IMG/VR virus record: IMGVR_UViG_3300033069_000955 | Strand: one strand, 5' to 3' | DNA length: 64,000 nt | DNA from: an uncultured virus (IMG/VR IMGVR_UViG_3300033069_000955) | Lineage: Duplodnaviria > Heunggongvirae > Uroviricota > Caudoviricetes | Shown here: one piece after another, positions 36,009-46,645 of the stretch | Numbering within the stretch: position 1 is the first letter of the stretch | How the letters are laid out: the number at the start of each line of letters is the position of its first letter | Program-made: the position numbers and the translations under genes | Notes under the pieces: generated by a model | What the model saw: the letters and a program-made list of their open reading frames with translations, nothing else | Told to the model about the DNA's origin: nothing | The model's database searches: none

Positions 36009-37474
36009 TGAGTATCGGTGATATGTACGGCTCTGCTATTCAGCCGACTAAGAGATGGCTAGGGGGTTTTACAGAACTCTCGAATCCTACTGTAGGCCAA
36101 ACTCCGCCGGAGGAAATGCGAGTAGACCCATTTCTTCCTGCTCAGTTTGCTGACCCCTATGATCCGGCTGGTGGCATTGTCATTCCGGCTGGTCGATTCG
36201 TTTCTGTTGGCTATTCGTCTACCCAGACAATGGCTAGCTACGACAATGCTGGTGTGGCTGCTTCTGTAAGTGCTTACAGAGTTGGTCAAACAGATCGTGG
36301 TAAGACCACGCTGACCCTTCATGATGGTCGAAATCTCACTCCGGTGGGTCTTTCGGTTAACAACATCTTCAAGGGTAGTGGACAGATGACTAGTGGTAAT
36401 ACTAATACGACCACTGGTGCTTCTTATTGGACCACTGGTAACACCTTCAACCAGGATTCTGGTATGAGTGCTACTGATGTTAAGTTCCGCCGAGGCTTCC
36501 TTGCTTCCGTGCCGTTCGTTCTTCAAGTGAACAACGCACAGGGTGCTTTGACTGCTGGTGATCAGTTAACTGGTTATTGGGGAAGTACTTCTAGCACTTC
36601 TGCAATTGGTTGGATCCATCGAGGTAAGCCAGTTAAGTGGACTGCTTTGAGTATGCGATACCAAGTGTTCGCAGCTAATTCGACAGTTACCCTTACCGAG
36701 GCTATCTATCCTGGTCTGTTGCCGCGAGTTGTTGCATTGCTTAACTCTAGCACTCCTGTGACTGGTACTACGACCCTTGCCTTTAATGGTACGAACTGGG
36801 TGGCAACACTGCCAGCTACTTGTACTCAGATTTGGTACGAATATGGTCATACTGCCGATCAAAGAGGTGGTGAGGTAGTTAGAATTCAATCCTTGACGGA
36901 TGTTAAGAGTCGAGAGGAGCTGTTCAAGTTTGTTGAAGTGGCTCGTGCAGACTATCTTAACTACCCGCCTATGACTCAACGACAAGCTGTCACTAATCGA
37001 AGTGCTGAATCAGCAACCGCTGTGGTCGCAGGTTCTGTCTATCGAGTTGTGTATGCCCCCGTATCGGTTAATCATAATGTGATTATCGAGATTCAGGGAA
37101 CCATCATTGACCCGTCAACGGGTGTGTCTGTCACCTACTCTGGTGCTAACTGGTACACTCTTCCTTCTGGTCCGTCCTTGTCCTTGGTTGCTACTCTTAA
37201 TGGACCATACCATTCTCTTAACTGGAGAACTGGCGTGATTGAACTGGCAGTGAATATTACTGCAACTGCGGTTCGAGTCACCTACTCTTCAGTTTCGTCA
37301 GTTGATGGTGCTGTTCTTTGGGGTGGTGGTATCGAAGGTCTTACCGACGGTCGTTATGTGACTGCTGGAACTGGTTCGGCTACTGGTATGGTGCCTTCTG
37401 CTAGAGCAGGTATTCCAGCCCACTTGAACTTCGCAGACGTTGTAGGAGAAATGAGATTCTTGGTGAAAAACTAA
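36008..37474 (+). CDS. capsid decoration / minor capsid protein
   Basis: Immediately upstream of the MCP; IVIPAGRFV motif; Thr/Gly-rich; high-expression codon bias. Confidence 0.65.
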   Translation: MSIGDMYGSAIQPTKRWLGGFTELSNPTVGQTPPEEMRVDPFLPAQFADPYDPAGGIVIPAGRFVSVGYSSTQTMASYDNAGVAASVSAYRVGQTDRGKTTLTLHDGRNLTPVGLSVNNIFKGSGQMTSGNTNTTTGASYWTTGNTFNQDSGMSATDVKFRRGFLASVPFVLQVNNAQGALTAGDQLTGYWGSTSSTSAIGWIHRGKPVKWTALSMRYQVFAANSTVTLTEAIYPGLLPRVVALLNSSTPVTGTTTLAFNGTNWVATLPATCTQIWYEYGHTADQRGGEVVRIQSLTDVKSREELFKFVEVARADYLNYPPMTQRQAVTNRSAESATAVVAGSVYRVVYAPVSVNHNVIIEIQGTIIDPSTGVSVTYSGANWYTLPSGPSLSLVATLNGPYHSLNWRTGVIELAVNITATAVRVTYSSVSSVDGAVLWGGGIEGLTDGRYVTAGTGSATGMVPSARAGIPAHLNFADVVGEMRFLVKN

Positions 37475-37527
37475 GGTTTAATGGGGCCAGTAACTGGCCC
37501 CAGCAGACAAATTAAGAGAAAAAAACT

Positions 37528-38757
37528 ATGAATAACAGTATCCTTAAACTAATCAGTGAGGCAACGTCGAAGTCGGTTGAATCTGAAATTCGGGAATTCA
37601 CCAAGGCTAATGGAATGGTCTTTGGTACCGAAGAAGGACAAACTACTCCTAAGAAAGTTGCTGCCCAAATGAAGGAAGCAGAAGAGTATGTCTACGCTAT
37701 GTTCCGCCGAGAGAATCTTGACGGTGATAGGCTCGTAGTCCCGAACATCCCCATCAGTGAAATGATGGCTTCTTCGGACTCTTCGGTCATCTTTAAGCGT
37801 GTCATTAGCGAAATTCTTGTTAAGCCCACCGAACCCTCGGCTTGGCTGACCAACAACGTTGCTAAGAAGATTACGCTTGATGCCAGTGCTCCTCTTACCG
37901 TTACCTTCCCAACTGTCGGTGCTTACCAAGCATACGAAGTTGCTGAGGGTGGTGAATACAAGCCCCAGGCTCTCACCTTCCAAGAGCACATTGCAAGTCT
38001 TCGATTGAAGAAGTATGGTGTTATGGCTTCCCTTTCTGAGGAAGTTGAGCAACATTCTATCTACCCGTTGATTTCCTTGCACTTGGAACTCATGGCAAAC
38101 GGTCTTAATCGTCGAGTTGAAGAGTTCCTGTATACAGCCCTCGTTCAGAAGGCCATTACAGTCTTTGATAATGATAACAGCATTGCTGCTGATCGCACCA
38201 CGGGTGTTGATGTCAGCCAGGCTGCTAACGCATCATTGTCACTTCGAGACATCTTGACCCTCGCAGGTGTTGTGGTTGGCAATCGCTATAACCCATCTCA
38301 CCTCTTGATTCATCCTCTCGCCTATCCGGTGATCTTCCAAGATCCCCTTATTCGAGGTACGTTCTTCCATCAGGGACAACTTGGTGGGACCATTCACAAG
38401 CAGGGACCTAATTTCGATCAAAGCCAGAATATGCCATTCGGCTTGTCGTATGTCCCCTACTATGCTCTGCCTTACAACGAGTCAGGTGTCATGGTTAATG
38501 CTCCTGGTTCAGGCTATGCTGCTGCACTTCTGACGGATGTGTACGTGATTGACTCGGCCAACTCAATGGTTCTTATGAATCGTGGTGATAACGAGTTCGA
38601 TAGCATGGAAGATTGGTATCATGATGCAACGACCCTCAAGGCCAGACGATACTTCAACGTGTCGGCTATGGATGCTGGAAAGGGTATGGCGGCTGCTCGA
38701 AATATCAGAGTTGTTGATAACTTCGCTCCTCTGTTTACGGTTCGAAATACCGTCTAA
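37528..38757 (+). CDS. major capsid protein (HK97 fold)
   Basis: EVAEGGEY, KKYGVMASLSEE, LLIHP motifs; size and position. Confidence 0.9.
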   Translation: MNNSILKLISEATSKSVESEIREFTKANGMVFGTEEGQTTPKKVAAQMKEAEEYVYAMFRRENLDGDRLVVPNIPISEMMASSDSSVIFKRVISEILVKPTEPSAWLTNNVAKKITLDASAPLTVTFPTVGAYQAYEVAEGGEYKPQALTFQEHIASLRLKKYGVMASLSEEVEQHSIYPLISLHLELMANGLNRRVEEFLYTALVQKAITVFDNDNSIAADRTTGVDVSQAANASLSLRDILTLAGVVVGNRYNPSHLLIHPLAYPVIFQDPLIRGTFFHQGQLGGTIHKQGPNFDQSQNMPFGLSYVPYYALPYNESGVMVNAPGSGYAAALLTDVYVIDSANSMVLMNRGDNEFDSMEDWYHDATTLKARRYFNVSAMDAGKGMAAARNIRVVDNFAPLFTVRNTV

Positions 38758-38799
38758 GTTTCTGGCCCCTAGTTAAAATGGGGCCGAAGACTTATTCTT

Positions 38800-38832
38800 A
38801 GAGGTTCTTCCTAACGGGGGAACCTCTATTTA
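38800..38832 (+). terminator. intrinsic terminator after the MCP
   Basis: AGAGGTTCTTCC/GGGGGAACCTCT hairpin plus T-rich tail. Confidence 0.65.
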
Positions 38833-38839
38833 TTATGAT

Positions 38840-40465
38840 ATGGTCGGCTATCCTGAGCTAGTCTATAATTACCCCGTTAATGGATCTACCAGTATTTCAG
38901 TAAACACTGATTTTACATTAGATTGGTCCATTGATATTTCGTTGTCTCAGGTTACTGATGCCAATGAACTAGCTAAGAGATTCGTTCTCTTTGACGAAGA
39001 AACTAATGCAGTTATTGCTCTTACCTATGTTTCTTATGAGGCATCTGATAAGAGATTAACTTTAAGACCTGCCAGTGTTCTTCGCAGCTCTACTAAATAC
39101 CGTTTAATCGTCCGTAGTGGCTTTCAGGACGCAAATGGAAGAAAGACCCGACAAGATTACACGATATCCTTCACAACGGCCTCTATAGGGCTCACAGCGG
39201 TATCTCTGCTTTCTCCAACTAATGGAAGCAGCCTCTTAGAGAGTCCATATGTTTTTACTTGGAACCCCACTACTTCTACCACAGGTGTAGTTGGCTTAGC
39301 TTATGATGTTAATTTCTATGAAAACGGAATTAACATAGGAACCTTTACCTCAGTTGGTACCGAATTAGTTTTAGCTGATGGTAGTTATGAAGCTACTTTA
39401 GGATCTTTACAAGGTAGAACTTTAAGTTGGGAGGTAGTTACCAGAACTAATTTTGGATACTCTTCTGGTACTGTTTACTATACTGCACCTTCTGCTAGAT
39501 GGAGTATTCTGTTTGATACTGGGTCACAGATAAGTACCCCAGCAGACCCATCTTCTTCAAGGGTCTACGATTTTGAGGAATACAGTTACCCTGTACCATT
39601 AGTAGTTGATAGCGTTACCCCCGAGCACCTATCCACCAATCAGGTTGCTTTTCCAGTAATAAGTTTAACTTTTACTCAGCCTATAGTTACAGGTGGCCTA
39701 AATTCTTATTTCTCAGTCGTAAGAAAAGATCAGTTGCCTAGAAACGATATTCCTGCCTCCTATTTGGAGTCTACTGTCTCTGGGAGTTGGAGTGTTGGTG
39801 GTACAGTAGCTACTTTCACCCCTAGTGAAACATTTTATTCTAATATGAGATACACCGTCTCAGTTAGAAAAGGATTATCTAGCTACAATGGCAGTCAAAC
39901 CTTAGGGGAAAATTTCTCCTATCAATTCTCCAGTCTTTATGATCCTTACTATGTAGATATACGAGTTATTAAAGCTAGATTACGATCAGAAGCATCTACG
40001 ATGCCAGATGATTTGATTAATTACTACATATATTTAGCATCATTAGAAGCTAAAGCTAAATTCTCTGCATGGATTTTAGGTGGATCAGTAGGAACATTTG
40101 GAGATTCACTATTAGAAACCTATGTTCGTGATACCAATAATCTTAAAGGATTTGGGGTTCTTAAGTGGGTTGAAGCTTATACTTTAGTACAACTATATGC
40201 TTCAATACTGGTTGATGAGCTTAGAAACGTTGGTAGACGACGAAGACTTGGTGATTATGAAGAAGCTTTAACAGACGATTTTCTTGCTGGTATTAAAGAT
40301 GCCAAACAAGCAGCAGCTGACGAAATGATAAAATGGGAAGTTTATTTAACCCCAAGCGGTCATATTGGATATGCTACTAGAATGTCAGATGTTAATTTAG
40401 ATATGACCAACTATTTTGATGTTTCTTTAGATTGGGGAGAAATTAACAGAGGTAGAAACTTTTAA
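38840..40465 (+). CDS. Ig-like (Big_5-type) domain head-completion protein
   Basis: Two Ig-like repeats (LTLRPASVLRSSTKY; ATFTPSETFYSNMRY) plus a helical adaptor-like C-terminus. Confidence 0.7.
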   Translation: MVGYPELVYNYPVNGSTSISVNTDFTLDWSIDISLSQVTDANELAKRFVLFDEETNAVIALTYVSYEASDKRLTLRPASVLRSSTKYRLIVRSGFQDANGRKTRQDYTISFTTASIGLTAVSLLSPTNGSSLLESPYVFTWNPTTSTTGVVGLAYDVNFYENGINIGTFTSVGTELVLADGSYEATLGSLQGRTLSWEVVTRTNFGYSSGTVYYTAPSARWSILFDTGSQISTPADPSSSRVYDFEEYSYPVPLVVDSVTPEHLSTNQVAFPVISLTFTQPIVTGGLNSYFSVVRKDQLPRNDIPASYLESTVSGSWSVGGTVATFTPSETFYSNMRYTVSVRKGLSSYNGSQTLGENFSYQFSSLYDPYYVDIRVIKARLRSEASTMPDDLINYYIYLASLEAKAKFSAWILGGSVGTFGDSLLETYVRDTNNLKGFGVLKWVEAYTLVQLYASILVDELRNVGRRRRLGDYEEALTDDFLAGIKDAKQAAADEMIKWEVYLTPSGHIGYATRMSDVNLDMTNYFDVSLDWGEINRGRNF

Positions 40466-41079
40466 TGAGTTCAGAGTGGAATCAAGATAAAGGTAGCTGG
40501 AAGATTTCTAAGCCTTTAGGTAAGGCTGCTGAGGGATTCATATTTGAAAACCCCGACTATGTGGTTTATCTAAGAAAGAGACAAAATGACCCATGCCCAA
40601 TACACTATGACTACGCTACTGGCTCTGAGAACGGATTAAGATTAGAGGGTGAGCCTTGTCCTATTTGTTGGGGGACTGGTAAAAAGGTAATACCATTAAT
40701 TGTTCCCATTAGAATCTTCCAAGGTCACGCTATGGGGATGAATGTAAACAAAACCGAACCAGGTTACACTGAAAATTGGGATTTTGTAGGATACCTTCCC
40801 AGAAAAATTAAACCTACCTACGAAGATATAATCTTTTTTGTAGAGTGGAATGTTCCTGTATGGTCAGTTCCAACAGATCAACGAAGAAGAATTGTAAGTG
40901 TAACAGATGTCGTACAAATTAAAGCTACTATTGATAGATTTGAGAAAGAAGTAGCATTTATGGCAGTAGATCTCCGTTCATATAATATAGAACACAGCAT
41001 TTTAGGTAGAAACCTACCACTAATGCTTAATATCCCAGTCTTCCAATTAGAAGATTGGAACAGAACTACCTATTGGTAA
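40465..41079 (+). CDS. putative head-tail joining protein
   Basis: CP...CPICWGTG motif; position. Confidence 0.55.
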   Translation: MSSEWNQDKGSWKISKPLGKAAEGFIFENPDYVVYLRKRQNDPCPIHYDYATGSENGLRLEGEPCPICWGTGKKVIPLIVPIRIFQGHAMGMNVNKTEPGYTENWDFVGYLPRKIKPTYEDIIFFVEWNVPVWSVPTDQRRRIVSVTDVVQIKATIDRFEKEVAFMAVDLRSYNIEHSILGRNLPLMLNIPVFQLEDWNRTTYW

Positions 41080-41116
41080 ATCAATTTTTTCCCTTAGGAT
41101 ATAAGGAATAGATAAC

Positions 41117-43045
41117 ATGGCGACTAATTGTCTTATTGTGGGCACAGCAACTAATGGACCTTGTAACTTAGTAACAAGGGTAGACAACTTAGCGAAACTT
41201 AAACAAATTTTTGGTGGTGATTATGTTCAAACTGAATTTATCACAGCGACGGCCAGTTCTGTTGTTTTAGATTACCCAAACCAATCTTCAGTAAAAAACG
41301 AAAGTTCTGATGGTAGAACAGGAGTTTTATATAGGCCTACTGTTCAAGAAAGCACTATGTATTTCGGATCCATCGGTGGTACTGGGGATGTTATGGATTT
41401 TACTTACACCCCATACTTAGGAGATGCAGATCTTCTAAATGCTAGTAATTATTTACTAGATAATGGTGCGGCTGGGTTTTATGTATGTCGTATTGGTGGT
41501 AGTTATGCCTCGATTGTTCGTGATGGTTGGAGTTTTATGTCCAACTATAAAGGACTCCAGTTTAATGATATTACATTAACAACTACAGCTACTAGTATTA
41601 TAGTTGATGCCTTTCAACAATTTCCTACCAGAACCTATACAGGTGAAGTGGAGGATATGGTAAAAAACATAAATTCTGATTCTAGTTTGGGCATCATTCC
41701 TTTCTATATAGCAGAATCTACACAAACACCCACCATATTTACATCTGTTAGTATGACAGGTGGTCTTAACGGGGTGATTGATTATAATGCTGTAAATGAG
41801 TTCATTAATTCATCCACCATACCCCCAGATGTCACTCATGTATTTGTGCTTGGTCCTGTAGACAGTAATATTTTAGATTTGCTTAATAGTTCTTTCCTAG
41901 AGCAAACCTATCAACTTAGAATTTGGGGTTTCCAAGCTCCCTCTTTAGATGGTGCTTATCCTTATTATGGGGCCAATACAGCGGAAACAGCTTTTAAACT
42001 ACAGAATCCTGGGGTTGGTTCTCAGAGTTTTGAGGGGTTCACTCATAATACATCCCTCTCAGTACTTCAAAGCTGCTCTGTTTCTCCTACTGGGTTGGTA
42101 ATTGATCGTACACAGTCTGGTTATGGTAATAACAGAGTTCACGGGGGAACCAAAGGCTTACAACTCTTTCCTAATAATACGTTTACTACAATTACTTTAA
42201 CACCCCCTTCAACAGGATATAAGATAAATAGTCTAGGTTTTTGGTTGGGGTCTGGCGAGTACAGGTTAAGAGTTAAGGCTTACTCTGGGAATGAGGTTAT
42301 GTTCTACGCTGATAGCTTGACTGGTGTAGCTTCTGGTACAGCTCATTTTATGGGTCTTCAGTTTAAGAAACCTGCTACCAAGGTTACACTTAGTGGCATC
42401 CAAGGAGCTATTCCGAGTAGAGTAACTCTGGATGATGTTTATATAGGTGTTGTAACTGCTGCTGGGAGTGGTAATAACTTAGACGATGTACTAGCTTATA
42501 TAAGAGGATCTCAAATAAAACACCCTATGGTGGCTTTGTTTGGTGGAGATTGTTTCTTACAAATTGGAGCCCAATCTTACAAAAAGCCCACAGTTCTTGC
42601 TGCTGCACTAGTTACTTTACAAAATAATGGTTTACTTACTAATAAATCGGCAAAAGTATTAGGAGTAGATCCTGTCTTCTCAGAAGATGAATTAGAGTTA
42701 GCTTATTTAAACGGCATAAATTTATTCAGAAGGTGGATTGGTTCTGGTATTGCAGTGGATAAGGGAGTTTGTTTAGATACTACTTTTAGCTATTCTTATA
42801 CTACCAGACTATCAGAAATATCTAGCGTAGCTACAATTTATTTACGTAAATTTATTGGATTCCAGTTACAAAGAGGATACCAACAAAACATAGCCACAGA
42901 ATTGAAAACTAAGTTGGCTGTAATTGAAGATGTAACTATCGAAGATGTAGTAGTAGATTATATGGATGGAGTAATGAGGGTATTTATAGAAGGACTTATA
43001 TATGGAGAAATTCTAAAAATCTCCTTTAATGTGAGAACTGCTTAA
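41117..43045 (+). CDS. tail sheath-like protein (paralog 1)
   Basis: N-terminus LIVGTATNGPCN...LKQIFG matches the 44048 sheath; sheath-like C-terminus NGINLF. Confidence 0.7.
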   Translation: MATNCLIVGTATNGPCNLVTRVDNLAKLKQIFGGDYVQTEFITATASSVVLDYPNQSSVKNESSDGRTGVLYRPTVQESTMYFGSIGGTGDVMDFTYTPYLGDADLLNASNYLLDNGAAGFYVCRIGGSYASIVRDGWSFMSNYKGLQFNDITLTTTATSIIVDAFQQFPTRTYTGEVEDMVKNINSDSSLGIIPFYIAESTQTPTIFTSVSMTGGLNGVIDYNAVNEFINSSTIPPDVTHVFVLGPVDSNILDLLNSSFLEQTYQLRIWGFQAPSLDGAYPYYGANTAETAFKLQNPGVGSQSFEGFTHNTSLSVLQSCSVSPTGLVIDRTQSGYGNNRVHGGTKGLQLFPNNTFTTITLTPPSTGYKINSLGFWLGSGEYRLRVKAYSGNEVMFYADSLTGVASGTAHFMGLQFKKPATKVTLSGIQGAIPSRVTLDDVYIGVVTAAGSGNNLDDVLAYIRGSQIKHPMVALFGGDCFLQIGAQSYKKPTVLAAALVTLQNNGLLTNKSAKVLGVDPVFSEDELELAYLNGINLFRRWIGSGIAVDKGVCLDTTFSYSYTTRLSEISSVATIYLRKFIGFQLQRGYQQNIATELKTKLAVIEDVTIEDVVVDYMDGVMRVFIEGLIYGEILKISFNVRTA

Positions 43046-43067
43046 CCCTCTATTTAGTAAGACAGCT

Positions 43068-43985
43068 ATGGCGGTTTTACCAACTGACACAAGAGCGGAC
43101 GTGAATCCGTATGCAATTGGGTCATATATTTATGACCTTATTGGAGAATTCTTTGTCAACAAGTATAAACTTGCATATTCTGAGAGTTACCCTAAAGAAG
43201 CTGTAACTCAACCAACAATCACCTGGAGAATCTATCGTAGAGTCCCTGGTGGTGGACAGCATGGAATTGCACAGTCTAGAGGGGCATCTTACTCTGGGAC
43301 TATGGGCACAGATGAGTTTGGTCAATTAGTTGAAACTCACAAACAACAATTTCGAATTACTTTGGAATTTGCTGTATTTGGAACCTCCAACACAGAAGTC
43401 AATAGTCTGGCTTGGGACCTAGAAAATGCTATAAATGACTGTGAAGGATTACTCCAGCTTCAATTTCCAGGCCTTGTCCTGGTTTTTGAGCAACAAATGG
43501 GGGATTCAAACTACGACTGGAAGAGTCAAGATGATCTAAATGTGAGAACAATTAGATACACCATAGTTCTTCCAGTAAGATATAAAGTCATCCTTCCAGA
43601 ACTCAGAGAAATCGTAGTGGAGACAAGAGTTGGATCTTATATAGATGTAACCGAAAGGTTAACTAGAACAAGTTCTAATTCTTTGTATGTGCCAATTCCT
43701 AATAAATCAACTTTTACTATTACAGACATTAAGTCCATAGTAAAATTCAGATCTAACAGCAGTGAACTAAGTAACCTTTATGCTGGCATTGATTATCAAG
43801 TAGTCAGAATGGATGATAATACCATCCAAATTAAGTGGTTAGATGATGCAGGAACACCTCCTCAAGTAGGAGAAGATTTTGTTATTGAGTATTTGTTCGC
43901 CCCTACTGTTACGACTTTTAGTTCTAGAAAACCAGTAGAAACTTTCCCAGAAAGAATTACAGAGTCCGAATTGGAAGACTCTTAA
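43068..43985 (+). CDS. putative tail completion/terminator protein
   Basis: Position before the sheath; PTITWRIYRRVP...LEFAVF. Confidence 0.55.
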   Translation: MAVLPTDTRADVNPYAIGSYIYDLIGEFFVNKYKLAYSESYPKEAVTQPTITWRIYRRVPGGGQHGIAQSRGASYSGTMGTDEFGQLVETHKQQFRITLEFAVFGTSNTEVNSLAWDLENAINDCEGLLQLQFPGLVLVFEQQMGDSNYDWKSQDDLNVRTIRYTIVLPVRYKVILPELREIVVETRVGSYIDVTERLTRTSSNSLYVPIPNKSTFTITDIKSIVKFRSNSSELSNLYAGIDYQVVRMDDNTIQIKWLDDAGTPPQVGEDFVIEYLFAPTVTTFSSRKPVETFPERITESELEDS

Positions 43986-44047
43986 AAAAATAAACAGAAA
44001 ATGAACGAGAATAGAACGTACTCTATTATATTAGGAGATAAATAAGC

Positions 44048-45802
44048 ATGTCAGTTATTCCAGGAATTACCTTTACCACAATTGGTGGTAAAATCAAACA
44101 AATTGTGGAGGGTCCCACAACTAACAGCCTACTTATTATCGGTACGGCTCTAGATGGGCCGTTGAATAAGCCCGTCCGGATTGATGATGCCACTCAAGCT
44201 GAAAAGCTGTTTGGTCCAGCAAATTATAGTAATAGTTACCTAGATCCTATTACTGGAACCGAGACAGGGAAGTATGCAGGTGCTACTCTTCCTCTAGCTA
44301 TTGCTCAGGCTATTTCAGCTGGTTGTAAGGATATTACAGTCGTTAGAGCTAGCGGTACTAAAGCTACCGTAACATTGGGTTCTGGTGGTTATCTTGTAGG
44401 TACTGCCCAGAATCCTGGCAGAATCTATAATTCACAAACCATGTCACTCGGTATTTCCGGGGACACTTACACCTTTACGCTAACTCAGCCTCTTAGTAAG
44501 GGCGGTAATTTAAGTTTTACAGGTAGTGCTAGTGGTACTACTTTAGGTGAGTTTATTACCCGAGTTAATGGTGCATTTGCTAATAAAGTCGTTGAAATTG
44601 ATGACTCTGCTGATGCATTAAATCCTTTCCTTGCTTCCACGTTAAGCTCTTTAACAGCCAGTATTACTGGTACCGCCAGTTTTAGTGGTGGTACTAATGG
44701 TTGTTTTGCAAGAGGCGAAACTTTTGGCCCAGAACATTTCACAGCTGCTGGTTCAGGTTTGTTTGGTTATGCGGGTGGCCTTGTAGCAGCGGTTACAGGA
44801 ACTTTCCAATCTCTTAGAAACCAACGATACGGAGCAGATATTATTTGTCTGACTGGTATTAATGTTGATGATCAGGTAACTGCTGGTGGTAATGCTACTA
44901 GTACTAGTATCATTAATGACTTTGCGGATTGGGTTGATGCTATGTCTGCCGAAATTATGCCGTGTCACGGTGTTATTGGTACAAGAAGCTTCACTTCCAG
45001 AGACGACAACCAAGTCATTAACTGGCTTACTAGTAACCTTTTGGCAACTTCGTATGGCTACTTTAAACAAGCTAGCAAGTGGATTAAAGCAGGTCCTATT
45101 CTTTATACTGGTCGAAGTCGAGCAGGTGCAAGGGGTACTGTTAACGATGTATTTACAAATGTTTCCGTGGTTGCGGGTCCTGATGTGGTTTATAGCCACG
45201 TAGATATGGGTGGAGATTATACAACTTCTCCTGTAGTTGCCTATGCCGCTTTCTTAACTACGATTCCGCCAGAACAATCAGCAACTCAAACTCCTATTCC
45301 GGGTATTAAGGGTTATACTCGACCATTCCCCCATACGTATGCGACATTGTTGCAAAATGGTGTGGGTGCTGATATGAATAACAATATCAGTGGTGGAGGT
45401 GCTTACGTTGTCTTAGTAAGAGACCAGGTTAATCCTTTAGCCAACCTTGTAGTTAATGATGACGTAACTGCTGGTCAGAGAGACTCAAATTATCGCAACT
45501 ACCAAGCTAGACACATGACAGCTTCCATCCAGAAAGACCTTCAAACCGCGCTTCGCGGCTTCTTGGGTCAGGCTAGTGGGCTTGATGTTAGAGCTGCTAT
45601 GGAAAGCCGAATCGAGAATGTTCTTGAAGGCTACAACATGAGTGGTGGTCTAAGAGGAAGTAGAGGCGTAGGATACGACTATCGAGTTGAAATGCTCGGA
45701 ACAGAGGGTAACGTTGGAATAGTTACCGTCTTTATTGAATTGGCTCTTGCCAACGCAATCAGACAGATTAAGCTTGTCGTTTCGATTAGACAGGTTGATT
45801 AA
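44048..45802 (+). CDS. contractile tail sheath protein
   Basis: LIIGTALDGPLNKPV...EKLFG; C-terminal FLGQ...IRQIKLVVSI. Confidence 0.88.
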   Translation: MSVIPGITFTTIGGKIKQIVEGPTTNSLLIIGTALDGPLNKPVRIDDATQAEKLFGPANYSNSYLDPITGTETGKYAGATLPLAIAQAISAGCKDITVVRASGTKATVTLGSGGYLVGTAQNPGRIYNSQTMSLGISGDTYTFTLTQPLSKGGNLSFTGSASGTTLGEFITRVNGAFANKVVEIDDSADALNPFLASTLSSLTASITGTASFSGGTNGCFARGETFGPEHFTAAGSGLFGYAGGLVAAVTGTFQSLRNQRYGADIICLTGINVDDQVTAGGNATSTSIINDFADWVDAMSAEIMPCHGVIGTRSFTSRDDNQVINWLTSNLLATSYGYFKQASKWIKAGPILYTGRSRAGARGTVNDVFTNVSVVAGPDVVYSHVDMGGDYTTSPVVAYAAFLTTIPPEQSATQTPIPGIKGYTRPFPHTYATLLQNGVGADMNNNISGGGAYVVLVRDQVNPLANLVVNDDVTAGQRDSNYRNYQARHMTASIQKDLQTALRGFLGQASGLDVRAAMESRIENVLEGYNMSGGLRGSRGVGYDYRVEMLGTEGNVGIVTVFIELALANAIRQIKLVVSIRQVD

Positions 45803-45820
45803 TAAGGATAAACTAACACA

Positions 45821-46597
45821 ATGAGAACTAATCCATTTCAAAGAGGAGCCTACTCTTCATATTCCGCAAACTATAAGCCTAAAAAGGCTAGTTATAGTGT
45901 AACGGACTATGCTGACAAGACTTTCTCGGGTCACGACCATCAAGTCTATTTTAACGATACTAAAGTGGGTAACGCTGAGGCCATTTCTTGGACCACCAGC
46001 ACAGAAACTGTAAGTAACCATGTTATGGGTCGCCGCGATCCCGTTGCCTTTACCCAAGGCAAACGGGTGGTCGTTGGTTCACTGGTTCTACAAGAATTTG
46101 CCCAACATGCATTCTTACATGAGATTTGGCGGCTACATGAAAGTAGACTTGGAGTTATTGGTGATTTGTGGAATCTTTCACAAGGAACTAATGGACTTAA
46201 CTTGTCAAACGGCACTTTTGACACAACTCAGGTAGTTGGCTCTAATGCTCTTGGTGGTGGTTTCACCTACCAAAGCCCAGATGCTAACAATCTTGGTGGA
46301 TTGTCTAACTTCCGTGGACTTAGTGCAACTGATCTTCAGGCACAGTTGAAGGAGCAAATTATTGATGCTGCTTCTGCTGCGAAGAATGTGATTTTGCAAT
46401 ACGCAGATCAGATTCCTCCTTTTGACATCACGTTGGTTGGTGTTAATAAGTCAGGAGCAGCTAGAAAATGTACACTGTTTGGTGTGCAGATTACCCAGGA
46501 AACTGGTGGTATCAGTCAGGCAGATATGGGCGGACAAATGGGTATGGCCTTTGTTGCTCTTGCAGTCTCGCCGTGGACTGCGCTTACAGTTGGTTAA
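45821..46597 (+). CDS. tail tube protein
   Basis: Directly after the sheath; TFSG.D...GKRVVVGSLV...YADQIPPFDIT. Confidence 0.75.
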   Translation: MRTNPFQRGAYSSYSANYKPKKASYSVTDYADKTFSGHDHQVYFNDTKVGNAEAISWTTSTETVSNHVMGRRDPVAFTQGKRVVVGSLVLQEFAQHAFLHEIWRLHESRLGVIGDLWNLSQGTNGLNLSNGTFDTTQVVGSNALGGGFTYQSPDANNLGGLSNFRGLSATDLQAQLKEQIIDAASAAKNVILQYADQIPPFDITLVGVNKSGAARKCTLFGVQITQETGGISQADMGGQMGMAFVALAVSPWTALTVG

Positions 46598-46609
46598 TAC
46601 CAACTGAGG

Positions 46610-46645
46610 GGTAGCTAGGGCTAAGCCCTAGCTACCGTATGTTTT
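46610..46645 (+). terminator. intrinsic terminator
   Basis: GGTAGCTAGGGC/GCCCTAGCTACC perfect hairpin. Confidence 0.65.

Noticed and set aside
36059..38421. Minus-strand ORFs opposite the capsid genes
   Set aside because: Antisense shadows of highly expressed genes
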